Below are positions 12,797 through 26,730 of a DNA stretch of 64,000 bases, one piece after another. The translations under genes and the position numbers were made by a program. Under the pieces are notes generated by a model that ran no database searches, was not told where the DNA came from, and saw only the letters and a program-made list of their open reading frames with translations. Position 1 is the first letter of the stretch. Each line of letters opens with the position of its first letter. Source of the DNA: Eledone cirrhosa (taxonomy: Eukaryota). The stretch lies in assembly GCA_964016885.1 (NCBI GenBank), contig OZ024741.1, positions 34,038,001 through 34,102,000 of the forward strand. Reading direction: 5' to 3'.

Positions 12797-13757
12797 GCAT
12801 ATATATATATATATATATACGTGTGTGTGTGTGCATGTAATATATATGTATCTACACATGTATCTACGTGTTTGTGTGTGTATATATATATGTATGTATG
12901 TATATATATATATGTATATGTAAATATGCGTGTGTATATGTATATATATATATATATATATTAGAATTGATCTCCTCACTACTACTTACTAGAAATTATC
13001 TCTCCAGCAATCTGTTCCCACCAAACACAATATCAATGCCCCCCCCCCCCTGCACATCATTTTCATAACCCTCCCCCCACTCCACCACATTATTTCTTAA
13101 AATATTTCTGCTGGGAATTTACTTAGGTTTCTTAAGTTTTCACTTATTTCTATACTGGTTTTCTGTGTATCTGTGTGTGCATGTCTGTCTCTGTGTGTGT
13201 GTATGCATGCATCCATATGTGTATGTGTGTGTGTGTGTGCACACATGCATCCATATGTGTCTGTCTGTGTGTGTGTGCATGCATCCATATCTGTGTGTCT
13301 GTGTACACATATGTATGTGTGTGTAGATCTCTGGTCTGTTTTTGGAAATGTGTACCTCAGTGGTTTGATCAACTGAGCTGCTTACTGAATTATAGTCTAT
13401 GTGACAGTATTCCTAAGATGCTTATACTCTTGGCTGGTTGATTTAATTTGTCACCCAGTTTAACACTATCATCTCGCCGACCTTTGTGTGTTTTTGGCAA
13501 AGACTCTTCTACTGCAAACATTCAGGTCAGGTGTACAGTTTGAGGGTAACTTCTTCCTTCTTTCCCACCAATTTTGGAGGCCCTGGGGTGTCATTGTCAC
13601 TGCCTTTACTCTCTGAGTAACCAGGGAGGAGTCATCTACTCTTAGTTGCTTCATGCCATGAAACAGGGATAAGCACTGGCCTGACATGTCTCCTGGTTTG
13701 AGACAGACTTTTTAGACTAGACTATATGACAAGGCTGGACCTCAGAATTATAGTTAC

Positions 13758-14095
13758 ATCATCATCATTCATCATCATCATCATTTTACATCCACTTTTC
13801 CCTCCTTGCAAGGGTTGGACGGGTCCTATTCAGCACAACATCTCTCCACTTGTCATAGTCCTTCGTCATCTCCTCGGTGAGTTTCAGCGATCTGAGGTCT
13901 GCTCTCACCACCTCCGCCCATGTTTTTCGTAGTCTACCTCTACTGCGTCTTCCCTCCACTGGGACTTCCTGGCACTTCTTTACCCAGCAGTCATCCTCCA
14001 TGCGCATCACAGCCTTCTCTCCCGCACAGCACAACTTATCCCTCTTATACCCAGTTTCTTTCTCAACTTGTCTATGCTTGATCCTTCACATACAT
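13758..14095 (-). mobile_element. RTE LINE 3' fragment with short 3' end and (GAT)n tail
   Basis: VMRMEDDCWVKKC..VEGRRSRGRLRKTWAEVVRADL..TRPTLARREKWM*. Confidence 0.85.
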
Positions 14096-14322
14096 TGACA
14101 TTACACACCCAACGTGTACCTTAAACTGTAATATGTATGTGGCTGAATATTCCACACTTGTGTCTACCATTAATATATTTCTCAAGTAGGATCAACATGG
14201 CAGTGGTAGTAAATTCTAATTTAGGCACAAGGCCAACACATTTGGGATGGGGAGGGGAATCAACCCCAACACCTGACTAAAAATTTATTTTATCAACCCC
14301 AGAAGGAGGAAAGACAAACTTA

Positions 14323-14540
14323 CCATATATACTTGAATATAAACCGAGGAATATGGGACTAAAAAATCGCTGGTAGAAGGTAGTGGTGAGGGGGTCGACA
14401 TATATTCAGGGTCAGTATTTTAATGATTTTCACAAACTTCAAATTCACCATAAATAAGATTTGGATCTTTGCCCATTTCTCAGACAAGAAATAGTAGAAC
14501 TGGCTTATATTTGTATCAACTTATATTCAAGTATATACAG
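14323..14540. mobile_element. Tc1/mariner-pogo (Tc2-type) MITE with TA duplication, nested in a Meta-like SINE
   Basis: TA|CCATATATACTTGAATATAA ... TTATATTCAAGTATATACAG|TA terminal inverted repeats; SINE sequence continues on both sides. Confidence 0.7.
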
Positions 14541-14719
14541 TAGCTATGGTGGGATTTGATCTCAGAACATAAAAAACCCAGCACAAATACCAGAAACTCT
14601 AATGGTTCTGCCAAAGGCACAAGACTAGAATTTTTTAGAGAGGAGTGGCATAACTGATTAAATCAACACCAGTGTCTTACACTGGGGGTAAGAGGTTTGG
14701 TAAATATGTGTGTAAAGGG

Positions 14720-15052
14720 TAAAGATCTCCTTCAGTCACCAATGACCAGGGGATTTGCACCTAAAAAGTTCCCCTTCCAAAGCACTAAGTATTTTTGTGA
14801 ACGACCAGCAGTTGCCCATACATACCAGTCTCTCCTCTCCATGCCACCAATGTTGTCCAAGAGAAAGGCAATGGCTGATACAGCTTGGCACCAGTGACAT
14901 TGCAACTCATCTCTACAGCTGAGTAAACTAGCGCAACATGAAATAAAGTATCTTGCTCAAGACTACGCCGCATTGCTCGCCTGGTCTAGATTTTGAACTC
15001 ACAACCTCATGATTATGAATCTGATACTTCAACCACTAAGCCATGCACCTTC
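14720..15052 (-). mobile_element. tRNA-head CORE-like SINE
   Basis: Reverse complement of the 8330-8655 family; head ...AACCACTAAGCCATGCACC. Confidence 0.75.
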
Positions 15053-15965
15053 AGATATGTGTGTATCTGTTATATATGTAGGGCCATAGTAGGTCTGGTT
15101 GAGTGAGTTCTAGGTCTGCTGATGTAAGTAGGTTGATAGCTCTCAGGTACCTAATGGTGGGCCATGAAATATTTTTAAGTGTTCTTAAGATGTTAGTTGT
15201 AATCGGGTTCATGCAAACATGTAACTGTGTAAAGGGTATCTCTGTGTGTGTGTGTGTATTTATATGTAACTGTGTGTATGTATTTATATGTATGTATGTG
15301 TGTGTATTTATATGTATGTATGTGTGTGTATTTATATGTAACTGTGTATGTATTTATATGTATGTCTGTGTGTATTTATATGTATGTGTGTGTGTATTTA
15401 TATGTATGTGTGTAAGTATTTATATGTAACAGTGTGTGTATATTTATATGTATGCGTGAGTATTTATATGTGTATGTATCTATATGTATGTGTGTGTATT
15501 TATACGTATGTGTGTGTGTGTGCATGTATTTATATGTATGTGTGTGTATTTATATGTTTTGGGGTGGTATTGAGATGTTGACAGTTAATAGTGGTGGTGG
15601 AACTAAGTCTTAGGGTGTGTGTGTGAATGTATGGAGGGTGGGGTATGCCATCCCTCCTTTCTCTCGTATGTCTTCATCCAGGGTGGAATAGGCGTGAAAC
15701 ACTAGGGAAAGGGACATAGAGGAGAAGAAGATAGGGAAATTTGCTGAAAACTGGTATGTGGAGGGGTGTTTAGTAAAACTGATGTGGATGTGAGGTAGAA
15801 AGGGGTGGCTAAATTGTACCCCTCTCATACATACAACAAGGACAGGGGTAGGGATTGATTCAGATGGGCCTGCATTGGAATGGTTAAGCACAGTAACCCC
15901 ATATATTGTGTGGTGGTAAGGGACATGCACATGTGAGTGTGTGTATACATTTTGGAGGGACACTC

Positions 15966-16000
<35 letters not shown>

Positions 16001-16006
<6 letters not shown>

Positions 16007-16190
16007 AGGCTTCTACAGGACCAGAACTGTTTCATTCCGGAGAAATCATCAGGAAGCCTGATGATTTCTCTGGAATGAAACAGTTCTAGTCTTGTAGAAG
16101 CCTTTTCTATATTAAATATTTATACCCTGCTTTGTATTGAGTAACTTACTTACTGTGGTTACCTCCGATTGAACCTGGGATAAACTTATA
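16001..16190. mobile_element. (TA)n-embedded fold-back hammerhead element, family B
   Basis: Palindrome about 16001-16111 centred on CATCAGG-AAG-CCTGATG; unique tail with GTATTGAGTA; related copies at 17868-17980, 24384-24427, 34287-34500, 43613-43712 and 44690-44785. Confidence 0.8.
16007..16059 (-). ncRNA. Type I hammerhead ribozyme (predicted)
   Basis: Minus strand reads AGGCTTC-CTGATGA-TTTC TCCG GAAT-GAA-ACAG ttctggtc CTGT-A-GAAGCCT: 7-bp stem I, 4-bp stem III, GUA cleavage triplet. Confidence 0.8.
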
Positions 16191-16202
16191 TATATATATA
16201 TA

Positions 16203-16600
16203 AACAAGAAAGTGAGTGTTGGTAGAATCCAGTACTTCAGTATGCGGATAGGGAGCACTCAACGAAGATATAAGTTCCGGAGTTATAATAGTGACGAAAC
16301 ATAAGTCAATTGCATGAACTCATAATCCTTTATTTACTGCTATATATATTTCGATGATAGCCATTGAATGGCATATCTAAGAACTGACTAACTGCCTGAT
16401 GAGGTCATAGCCGAGCCTTGGGACATATGTCCGTCCCAAGGCTCTGATACCATCAACACTATACACACAGAGCTGGCATATCTAAGAACTGACTAACTGC
16501 CTGATGAGGTCATAGCCATTCAATGGCTATCATCGAAATATATATAGCAGTAAATAAAGGATTATGAGTTCATGCAATTGACTTATGTTTCGTCACTATA
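16203..16600. mobile_element. (TA)n-embedded element with about 84-bp inverted arms, a 44-bp internal direct repeat and a hammerhead, family C
   Basis: 16289-16371 is inverted relative to 16514-16598; TGGCATATCTAAGAACTGACTAACTGCCTGATGAGGTCATAGCC occurs twice. Confidence 0.8.
16496..16551 (+). ncRNA. Type I hammerhead ribozyme (predicted, canonical G10.1-C11.1)
   Basis: ACTGC-CTGATGA-GGTC ATAGCCAT TCA ATGGCTAT CATC-GAAA-TATATATA-GCAGT; palindromic loop III; AATAAA immediately downstream. Confidence 0.82.
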
Positions 16601-16617
16601 TATATATATATATATAT

Positions 16618-16811
16618 AACGAAGGAAGTGTCGTAATGAACCAGATGGACTATAACGCACCAGAGTACTCAATACCTAGGGTAGTAGAGTGGGTAATAGG
16701 AAAAAGTTTAACCCCGACGGCAGAGCGCAAGCCGTTTCGACAGCTATTTCAGTCCCGAAATAGCTGTCGAAACGGCTTGAGCTCTGCCGTCGGGGTTAAA
16801 CTTTTTCCTAT
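16618..16811. mobile_element. (TA)n-embedded fold-back element, family D (hammerhead 3' half)
   Basis: Palindrome 16696-16811; GAAACGGC-ttgagctct-GCCGTC matches hammerhead GAAA, stem III and GUC; sister copies at 21252-21445 and 43420-43592. Confidence 0.8.
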
Positions 16812-16822
16812 ATATATATATA

Positions 16823-16903
16823 TAGGGTGTCCCCTAAAACTGTATACACACTTCAACAGCATTCTAATAAAAGTGTGTATACATGTTTTTGTGACACCTT
16901 CTA
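16823..16903. mobile_element. About 80-bp Tc1/mariner-type MITE
   Basis: AGGGTGTCCCCTAAAACTGTATACACACTT...AAGTGTGTATACATGTTTTTGTGACACCTT inverted ends; an inverted second copy lies at 43202-43281. Confidence 0.65.
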
Positions 16904-17867
16904 TATATATGTTATACACGCAGAAACTTTCTATTTTTTTTCCACCAGTCACCCCGGCTGCCTCACATACACCGATCCACCCACTCAGTTTTCTCTACTT
17001 CACTTAACCCTTATCTTAACCACCATTGCCTGTTATAGGTTACCATCTCTCTCTCTCTTTCTTCATCACTTCATCATCATCATTATCTGTAGTTGTTCAC
17101 TGTCATCACTGCAGCTGCTTGTTTGGATCAGGGTAAAGGTGATAGTGGTGGTAGAGAGACTGTTGGCAGGGGAAGGGTTACACACATATATATATATATA
17201 TATATTCAAAAGGCGAACAGAAATAACAAAGCAAATGACACAGTTATATAGTGTGTGTGTGTGCATGTATATATATATATAGATATAGATATGTGAGTCC
17301 CGGGTTCATACACACACACATATGTGTATGTATATATTCATTTATATACACACAGAGAGGAAGACAAGTTGACACCTCTCACTTGCAATATCTTTTGTCA
17401 TGGTCTGACATTGAAGAAAGAACTCTATATACTCCCCCCCCCCACCACACCACCAGTCTAACTGAAATTAAACCAATGACATAAGGGTGGCGGTGATGTG
17501 AGTGTGAGTGTGTGTGGTGGGTAGAATTAACAGATTTTATTGTCTGACTTCGATATAATAATAATAATAATAATGACATTATTGTGTACAGTGCTCAGGT
17601 GCACTACAACTCATCAAAGGTGCATGTATAGTACATAGAATAATGTACAATATGTTAGAAAGAATCCTCAACACAAAGTTTTCAGTGATGTAACACATAC
17701 ACCTAGATAAAAGACAATGTTATATCGATACCGGAGTTAGTGGCTTAATTTGAGATTGTGTTCAAACTGAAGCAATTATATCATAGAAGAAGAATTTTAG
17801 TCTTTCGAAATATTACATTTGTTTTTATGTTGTAATCAATGAATAATTAAATTAAATACTTTATTTT

Positions 17868-17980
17868 TTAAATGAAACAGTTCTAGTCCTGTAGAAGCCA
17901 TTTCTATATTAAATTTTGTTGTATATATTCTACTAATGTATTGAGTACCTTACTGTGGTTACCCCCGATTGAACCCGAGA
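17868..17980 (+). mobile_element. Family B 3' fragment
   Basis: GAAACAGTTCTAGTCCTGTAGAAGCC...GTATTGAGTACCTTACTGTGGTTACCCCCGATTGAACC matches 16077-16180. Confidence 0.75.
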
Positions 17981-18307
17981 GTCTCTCTCTCTCTCTCTCT
18001 CACTCACTCACTCACACACACGTGTATGTGTCTCTCTCGCCTCTTACTCCACTGGACAGCGTTTGGCTTGTGTTAGACGCGGTGACTCCGGGTGTACTAG
18101 CAGTACCGTTGGTAGGAGTTGAAACTACCAAAGTCCACCTCAACGGCCGATGACTTGGGAGTTCTGTGTCCTTCGTTTGTATTTTTTATCTAAAAAAAAG
18201 TTTTTAGGGTTTCTCCTTTAAAAATTGTTTTTCGTTCGTTGTCTTGTCCTTTCTTTGTTAATTTTCTTAAGTTATATATATATATATATATAAACAACCA
18301 ACACATA

Positions 18308-18365
<58 letters not shown>

Positions 18366-18414
18366 AAAGACAACAGAAGGCCGGATTTGAAATATCCTTT
18401 TAATGTTGCAAAAT

Positions 18415-18488
18415 CACAATACATATTTCTATGGCCTGGTTACATCGTCATATCGTGACGTAATACTTTGGCGACATCATCAGGTGTG
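18415..18488 (-). ncRNA. Decayed hammerhead-like motif with long stem II
   Basis: Minus strand reads CACAC-CTGATGA-(about 47 nt with hairpins)-GAAATATGTA-TTGTG; one stem I mismatch next to the core. Confidence 0.45.
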
Positions 18489-18599
18489 GATTGGAAAGAT
18501 TAGGTAATCGATAATAGGATTACGGCAAAGACAAACAGAGAATAGACTTGATTTGGAGATGGTCTGCCAATTCGGTGTTATTATTGCGGCGAACCAACT

Positions 18600-18644
<45 letters not shown>

Positions 18645-19386
18645 ATGCGCGCGCGCGCGATAGTCTCACATGTGAGTTGAATAACTTTAATCAACTGAAA
18701 ATCTCCTTGCAATTAGAACACAAAAAATCCATCTTGGTGGACTTAAAAATCTAAAAACAAGCAATAGTATCAATAAATCCATTTTTTTTTCTTTTTAAGA
18801 CAGTAGGGTGTGATCAGAAGGAGATTTGGCTGTTATTTCTAGCAATTGGAACGACCGCGTAGACAACCGCTACTGTGATCCTGTTGTTGCTTCTAATGCC
18901 GCCGTCATCAGCAGGCAGCAACAAGGGATGAGGGAACTACTCTGTATTTCATTGGTGTCATCTTTCTACAACCAGCATCATTCTCTTCCTATTTTTTGTT
19001 GCGCCACCATCATCACTATATTCCAGCAACAGCACCACTACATGGTCGCTAGAATCACACACCACTGTCTTTAGAAAGAAAACGGAAGGACACATTGGAG
19101 AATGTAGTTCTAGATTATATCAAACGTGTGGGCCACGATTGGAATGCCTTTGATCGTAAGTCTGCTTGATTAAGGCTAAACAACAACAAAAACCACCACC
19201 CCCACCCTCGTTACCGTTACACCACCACCACAACTGCTGTCGTTAACTACTCCCTTTTTTCATCCTCCCTTCCTTCCTTATTCAGCAGTTTCAGTTCTCT
19301 GTTGCTTTTCTCATAGGCAACGTGTCCTGTTAAATGTGGCACCGTGTTGCCTCTCCTAGAGTGCTGTCACGCTTTGGGGCTGGTTT

Positions 19387-19417
<31 letters not shown>

Positions 19418-20429
19418 TGTGTGTGTGTGCTCCTTACGGTTTTTCAGTAGTGTTTGAGAAAGGCTTCTGTGTGTGTGTACGCTGGGGGAGGGGTTCAGCT
19501 TACACACACACTCAATCTATATTACTCGTTCTTGAGAGTAAGGCTTGTTTCACTCTGCCCTAATACACACACACACACTCCCTCTCTCTCTCATAGAAAC
19601 ACACGCACTCTCCTCGCCCCTTCGCTTCTCTGTCTCTCGTATGTGTTGTTCATGTGTGCATTAACGTTTGGTATATATATATATACATATATGTGATGTA
19701 ACTCTCTCTCTCTCTATATATATATATATATCTATATATATCTATATATATAATGTCTATATATATTCACCATAATGGACCTATATAATAACTAACTGGA
19801 TTTACTTAACGTGTATACCAACGACTTCACGTAAGTACACCAACCGTTCATTCATATTATACATATTATTAGAAACCATTAATAAAGAAATTATTATTGT
19901 TACCAGGCCGTCATTAAACTATCCACTTCTGTATTTATCCTCCTTTCTGTGTATACACACACACACATACACACACATATATATATGAAAGCTTGTTGAA
20001 TCCCAACAAATTAAATATACCCTCTGCATATATATATATATACTACAGATTGGTCTCAACCTGTGACTCGGAGTAAAGTAAAAGATTGTATGTAATTATA
20101 ATATCCATTCGCCGTTGAAACGGTGTGAGCTTGGCCGTCGATCAGTAACTCTCTGTAATACCTACACTCTACTTCCCCAAACTATTAAGTACTACTTAGC
20201 TGAACAATGAATGGGCCAAGCCGTTTTGGGGATTTTACATATCTCTCTATACCCATGCATTGAGTACTCCAATGATTAGTGGTCTCCCCGATCTCAGCAC
20301 CGCAGACTATATATATATGGGTGGGTAGTATATATGTATGGCCCGATTCCTTGAGGCTAGAGGAACCAGATGACCTGTTTATATGTATATAAAAGAATAT
20401 TTGGAAACTGGCCTTCTGTTGATTTTGAA

Positions 20430-20471
<42 letters not shown>

Positions 20472-20569
20472 GAAACGAGCGACTCTAAATAATAATTTGT
20501 GAAACTTTCAGCTTCCAACAGAATTTAATAACTCTACTTTGTGTAACGTGCTGCCTTTGACACAGTTTT

Positions 20570-20870
20570 TGTGTGTGTGTGTTGAAACGTACGGGTCTAT
20601 ATGTAGACACAGCTGTGTGTGTGTGTGTATGTGTGTTAAAACGTACGGGTATATATGTAGGCACTGGCGCAGATGTGTGTGTGTTGAAACGTACGGGTAA
20701 ATATGTAGACACAGATGTGTGTGTGTGTGTATGTAGACACGGGAACACATGTGAATGTGTGTGTGTTAAAACGTGCGGGTATGTATGTAGACACAGGAAC
20801 ATATGTGAATGTGTGTGTGTATGTTAAAACGTCCGGGTATGTATGCAGACACAGGCACATGTATGTGTGT
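20570..20870. repeat. Degenerate 50-60 bp tandem repeat with GT spacers
   Basis: GTGTT(G/A)AAACGTACGGGTATATATGTAGACAC occurs five times. Confidence 0.8.
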
Positions 20871-21108
20871 TAATCTCACTTAGTGTGCTGAATATCTGTC
20901 AATCAAGGTCAGAACTCACCTCTTTTCGCTATATTCGATCTTAGATTACGAGTATATATATAGTTATATATATATATATAGTTATATATATATATATATA
21001 TATATATATCTATATATATATATATGTGTGTGTATATATATGTGTGTATATATATATGTGTGTATATATATATGTGTGTATATATATATGTGTGTATATA
21101 TATATGTG

Positions 21109-21139
<31 letters not shown>

Positions 21140-21198
21140 GTGTATATATATATATGTGTATATATATATATGTGTGTATATATATATTTGTGTATATA

Positions 21199-21229
<31 letters not shown>

Positions 21230-21251
21230 GTGTATATATATATATATATAT

Positions 21252-21445
21252 AAAGAAGGAAATATGGTAAGGAACCAGGTGGACCACAACGCACCAAAGT
21301 ACTCAATACTTAGGGTAGTAGAGTGGGTAATAGGAACAAGTAAGACCCCGACGGCTGAGCTCAAGCCGTTTCGACGGCTAATTCAGTACAGAATTAGCCG
21401 TCGAAACGGCTTGAGCTCAGCCGTCGGGGTCTTACTTGTTCCTAT
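21252..21445. mobile_element. Family D fold-back element
   Basis: Perfect palindrome 21330-21445 with loop AGTACA; GAAACGGC-ttgagctca-GCCGTC. Confidence 0.82.
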
Positions 21446-21890
21446 ATATGTATATATATATATGTGTATATATATATATGTGTATATATATATATGTGTA
21501 TATATATATGTATATATATATATGTGTATATATATATATGTGTATATATATATATTTATGTATATGTATATTTATATATATATGTATATATATATGTATA
21601 TAGAGGTAAATAAATGTATTCTCTTTTCTCCTAGTTTATTTTACACCTAATTCTGTTTAATTGACTATCTGGGCGATTATGCTGTCGAAATATTCGATAA
21701 ATATTCCGTCGTAGCCGACGCGAAGGGCTTGTTTCGGTTATTTGTTGGAGATTTCTTCATAGAAGCCTTATTCTTATAGCCTGGTCTATTCGATATTTTA
21801 TATAGTTAATTATGCTAATTGGGAGAGGAAATGGTATATATTTTATCTGGTGATTCTATAGACATGTTTTATGATGTATATATATATATG

Positions 21891-21922
<32 letters not shown>

Positions 21923-21936
21923 TATGTATATGTATA

Positions 21937-21981
<45 letters not shown>

Positions 21982-22288
21982 GTATATGTATATGTATATG
22001 TATATATTTATATATATGTATATATTTATATATATGTATATATATGTATATATATATATGTATTTATATATATGTATATATATGTATATATATATATGTA
22101 TATATATATATGTATATATATATGTATATATATATATGTATATATATATATGTATATATATATATGTATATATATGTATATGTATATATATATATATGTA
22201 TATGTATATATATATGTATATGTATATATATGTATATGTATATATATGTATATATATATATATATGTATATATATGTATATATATATG

Positions 22289-22363
<75 letters not shown>

Positions 22364-22364
22364 G

Positions 22365-22433
<69 letters not shown>

Positions 22434-22460
22434 GTATATATATATGTATATATATATATG

Positions 22461-22525
<65 letters not shown>

Positions 22526-22528
22526 GTG

Positions 22529-22565
<37 letters not shown>

Positions 22566-22627
22566 GTATATATATATATGTATATATATGTATATATATA
22601 TGTATATATATATATGTATATATATGT

Positions 22628-22661
<34 letters not shown>

Positions 22662-22670
22662 ATGTATATG

Positions 22671-22733
<63 letters not shown>

Positions 22734-22736
22734 GTA

Positions 22737-22841
<105 letters not shown>

Positions 22842-22906
22842 GTATATATATGTATATATATATATATATATGTATATATATGTATATATATGTATATATA
22901 TATATG

Positions 22907-22959
<53 letters not shown>

Positions 22960-23080
22960 GTATATATATGTATATATATGTATATATATATATATATGTA
23001 TATATATGTATATATATATATGTATATATATGTATATATATGTATATATATATATATATGTATATATATGTATATATATG

Positions 23081-23111
<31 letters not shown>

Positions 23112-23151
23112 GTATATATATGTATATATATATATATATGTATATATATAT

Positions 23152-24341
23152 AACTTTGAATAACTTTGAAATGTTTTGGCCAGTATTGGCCCAGGCCATG
23201 TCTAACTTAATAGCACCACCTGGCGAAATCTTTCAATTCAGGATTTGGGCACCATGGCCCATTCGAGAAGAGAATTACTGTTTGCGGAGACATATCCGGG
23301 TGTGGGTGGTTTGTCCGGGATTACTTGGAGGAATTCGTCCAAAGACTTCTTGAATTTTGTGTGGTCAGTTTCTGTTTTGACGTGTCCTGGTGTGATGTTG
23401 AAGAGAGCAGGGCCGATTGAGGTGAAATAATTGTGCCGTATTGTTGTTATGAGTTGCGATTTAGATTTTTGAATGGGACGGATAGCACGGGGCCCAAGCC
23501 TTGGGTGTATCTTGAAGGCGATGCCAACATCATTTGGGCAGTGATGATGGAACATTTTCCACATCATGCAGATAATATAACGCTCACGGCGACGTTGGAG
23601 TGAGTAAAGTTTCAGGTTTTCTAGTCGACCCCAGTAGTCAAGGTCTGACATGCCATCTATCTTTTTCGTGATTGCCCTTTGAGGAGCTTCAAGTTTCATG
23701 ATACTTTGTTTCGTGTGGGGAGACCACAGTGGACAATAGTATTCAAGGTGTGGTCGGGCAAAAGTAGAGAAGAGAAGGATAATGGTGTGGGAATCTCTCG
23801 ACTGGAAGGTTCTGAGGATCCAGGAACACATTCTGCGGGCCATGTCAACTTTGCTGCTTATATGCGTGACCCAGCTTATGTTGCTGTCCACGGTTACTCC
23901 CAAGTCTCTGATGTTGTTAGATGCCACGAGAGTTTCCCCGGAGGGAAGGGAGTACGGGAGTTTCGGAGCATCCTCTTTTCCAAAGTGGATCAGTTCGAAT
24001 TTGTCTTCGTTCAGTAACATGTTGTTCTTTTCCGCCCATTGGGTAACAGCCAGTAGGTCTGACTGAAGGCTTATCCGGTCATCCACGCCATTGATGACCT
24101 TTTGGAGCTTGGAATCATCAGCGAAAATTTTAATGTTGCTGTGTTTGATGATGTCAGTGATGTCATTAATATAGATGATGAAGAGAAGTGGGCCCAACAC
24201 AGTGCCTTGTGGGACCCCACTACTGACTTTGGCTGGGCTGGATTTGACTCCTTCAACTACAACATGTTGGGTTCTATTTGACAGGAAGCTCTTGATCCAC
24301 TGCAGCAGCTTTCCAGTGACACCAATATTGGACAGCTTTCT
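23152..24341 (-). mobile_element. 5'-truncated CR1-group LINE with an uninterrupted RT C-terminal ORF (24340 to 23238) and (TTCAAAGTTA)2 3' tail
   Basis: LLQWIKSFLSNRTQHVVV..SGVPQGTVLGPLLFIIYIND..FADDSKL..RDLGVTVD..RPHLEY..LWSP..LQRRRER; no stops or frameshifts. Confidence 0.93.
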
Positions 24342-24441
24342 GTATATATATATATGTATATATATATATATGTATATATATAGATGAGATTCTACAGGAC
24401 TAGAACTGTTTCATTCATTAGAAATCATATATATATATATG

Positions 24442-24500
<59 letters not shown>

Positions 24501-24579
24501 GTATATATATATATGTATATATGTATATATATATGTATATATGTATATATATATATATGTATATATATATGTATATATG

Positions 24580-24629
<50 letters not shown>

Positions 24630-24702
24630 TATATTATGTATATATATATATATGTGTATATATATATATGTGTATATATATATATGTGTATATATATATA
24701 TG

Positions 24703-24751
<49 letters not shown>

Positions 24752-24776
24752 ATATATATATGTATATATATATATG

Positions 24777-24807
<31 letters not shown>

Positions 24808-24848
24808 GTATATATATGTATATATATATATATATATGTATATATATG

Positions 24849-24905
<57 letters not shown>

Positions 24906-25112
24906 GTATATATATATGTATATATATGTATATATATATGTATATATATGTATATGTATATATATGTATATATATATGTATATATATGTATATGTATATA
25001 TGTATATATATATGTATATATATGTATATATGTATATATATATGTATATATATGTATATATATATATATGTATATATATATGTATATATATGTATATATA
25101 TGTATATATATG

Positions 25113-25167
<55 letters not shown>

Positions 25168-25352
25168 GTATATATAATATGTATATATATGTATATATAT
25201 ATGTATATATATGTATATGTATATATATGTATATATATATGTATATATATGTATATGTATATATGTATATATATATGTATATATATGTATATGTATATAT
25301 GTATATATATATGTATATATATGTATATATATATATATGTATATATATATGT

Positions 25353-25398
<46 letters not shown>

Positions 25399-25963
25399 GT
25401 ATATATATGTACATGTATATATATGTATATATATGTATATATATGTACATGTATATATATGTATATGTATGTATATATATGTGTATATGTATGTATATAT
25501 ATGTATATATATATGTGTATGTATATGTATATATATATTTATATATATATGTATATATATGTATATATATATATGTATATATATGTATATATATATTTAT
25601 ATATATATGTATATATATGTATATATATATATGTATATATATATGTATATATATATATGTATATATATGTATATATATGTATATATATATATGTATATGT
25701 ATATATATATGTATATATATGTATATATATATATATGTATATATATGTATATATATATATGTATATATATGTATATATATGTATATATATATGTATATGT
25801 ATATATATATGTATATATATGTATATATATATATGTATATGTATATATATATGTATATATATGTATATATATATATGTATATGTATATATATATGTATAT
25901 ATATGTATATATATATATGTATATATATATGCATATGTATATATATATATGTATATATATATG

Positions 25964-25994
<31 letters not shown>

Positions 25995-26005
25995 CTATAT
26001 ATATA

Positions 26006-26360
26006 TCATCATCATCATCATCATCACCGTTTTACGTCCGTTCTTCCACGCTAGCATGGGTTAGACGGGTTGACCTGTTGTGGGCAGTGACTGGTCGGCT
26101 GACCATGCCTTGCTCATACAGGAACTGATCTGGCTTGATTTCTACAGCTGGATGCCCTTCCTAACACCAACCTCATTTACAGTGAGTGCTGGGTGCTTTT
26201 TCGTGGCGCCTACACGTCCACTTTACAGTGTGGGCTGGGTGCTTTTTTGCCGTGGCACCTCCACGACCACCTTGCGGTGGGGGGGGGGGGGGGGGGGCAT
26301 ATTGTTTATATGCTTCAGCATGTACCCATGGGAGGTCGGGTACCCTGTATTACTGCGTGT
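26006..26360 (-). mobile_element. 5'-truncated copy of the RTE at 917-1945 (last codons plus full 3' UTR)
   Basis: Near-identical reverse complement of about 1597-1945, including the ORF end [13 protein letters not shown]. Confidence 0.9.
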
Positions 26361-26427
26361 ATATTACTATATGTATATATATATGTATATATATGTATAT
26401 ATATGTATATATATATGTATATATATG

Positions 26428-26466
<39 letters not shown>

Positions 26467-26730
26467 GTATGTATGTATATATATATGTATGTATGTGTAT
26501 ATATATGTATATATATATGTATATATATATATATGTATATATATATGTATATATATATGTATATATATATATGTATATATATATGTATATATATATGTAT
26601 ATATATATGTATGTATATATATATATATGTATATATATATATGTATATATATGTATATATATATATGTATATATATGTATATATATATATGTATATATAT
26701 GTATATATATATATGTGTATATATATATAT

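Noticed and set aside
16696-16811. Palindromes as pre-miRNAs or rho-independent terminators
   Set aside because: They recur as dispersed TA-flanked families with variable fold points and hammerhead halves, so a mobile-element origin explains them better.
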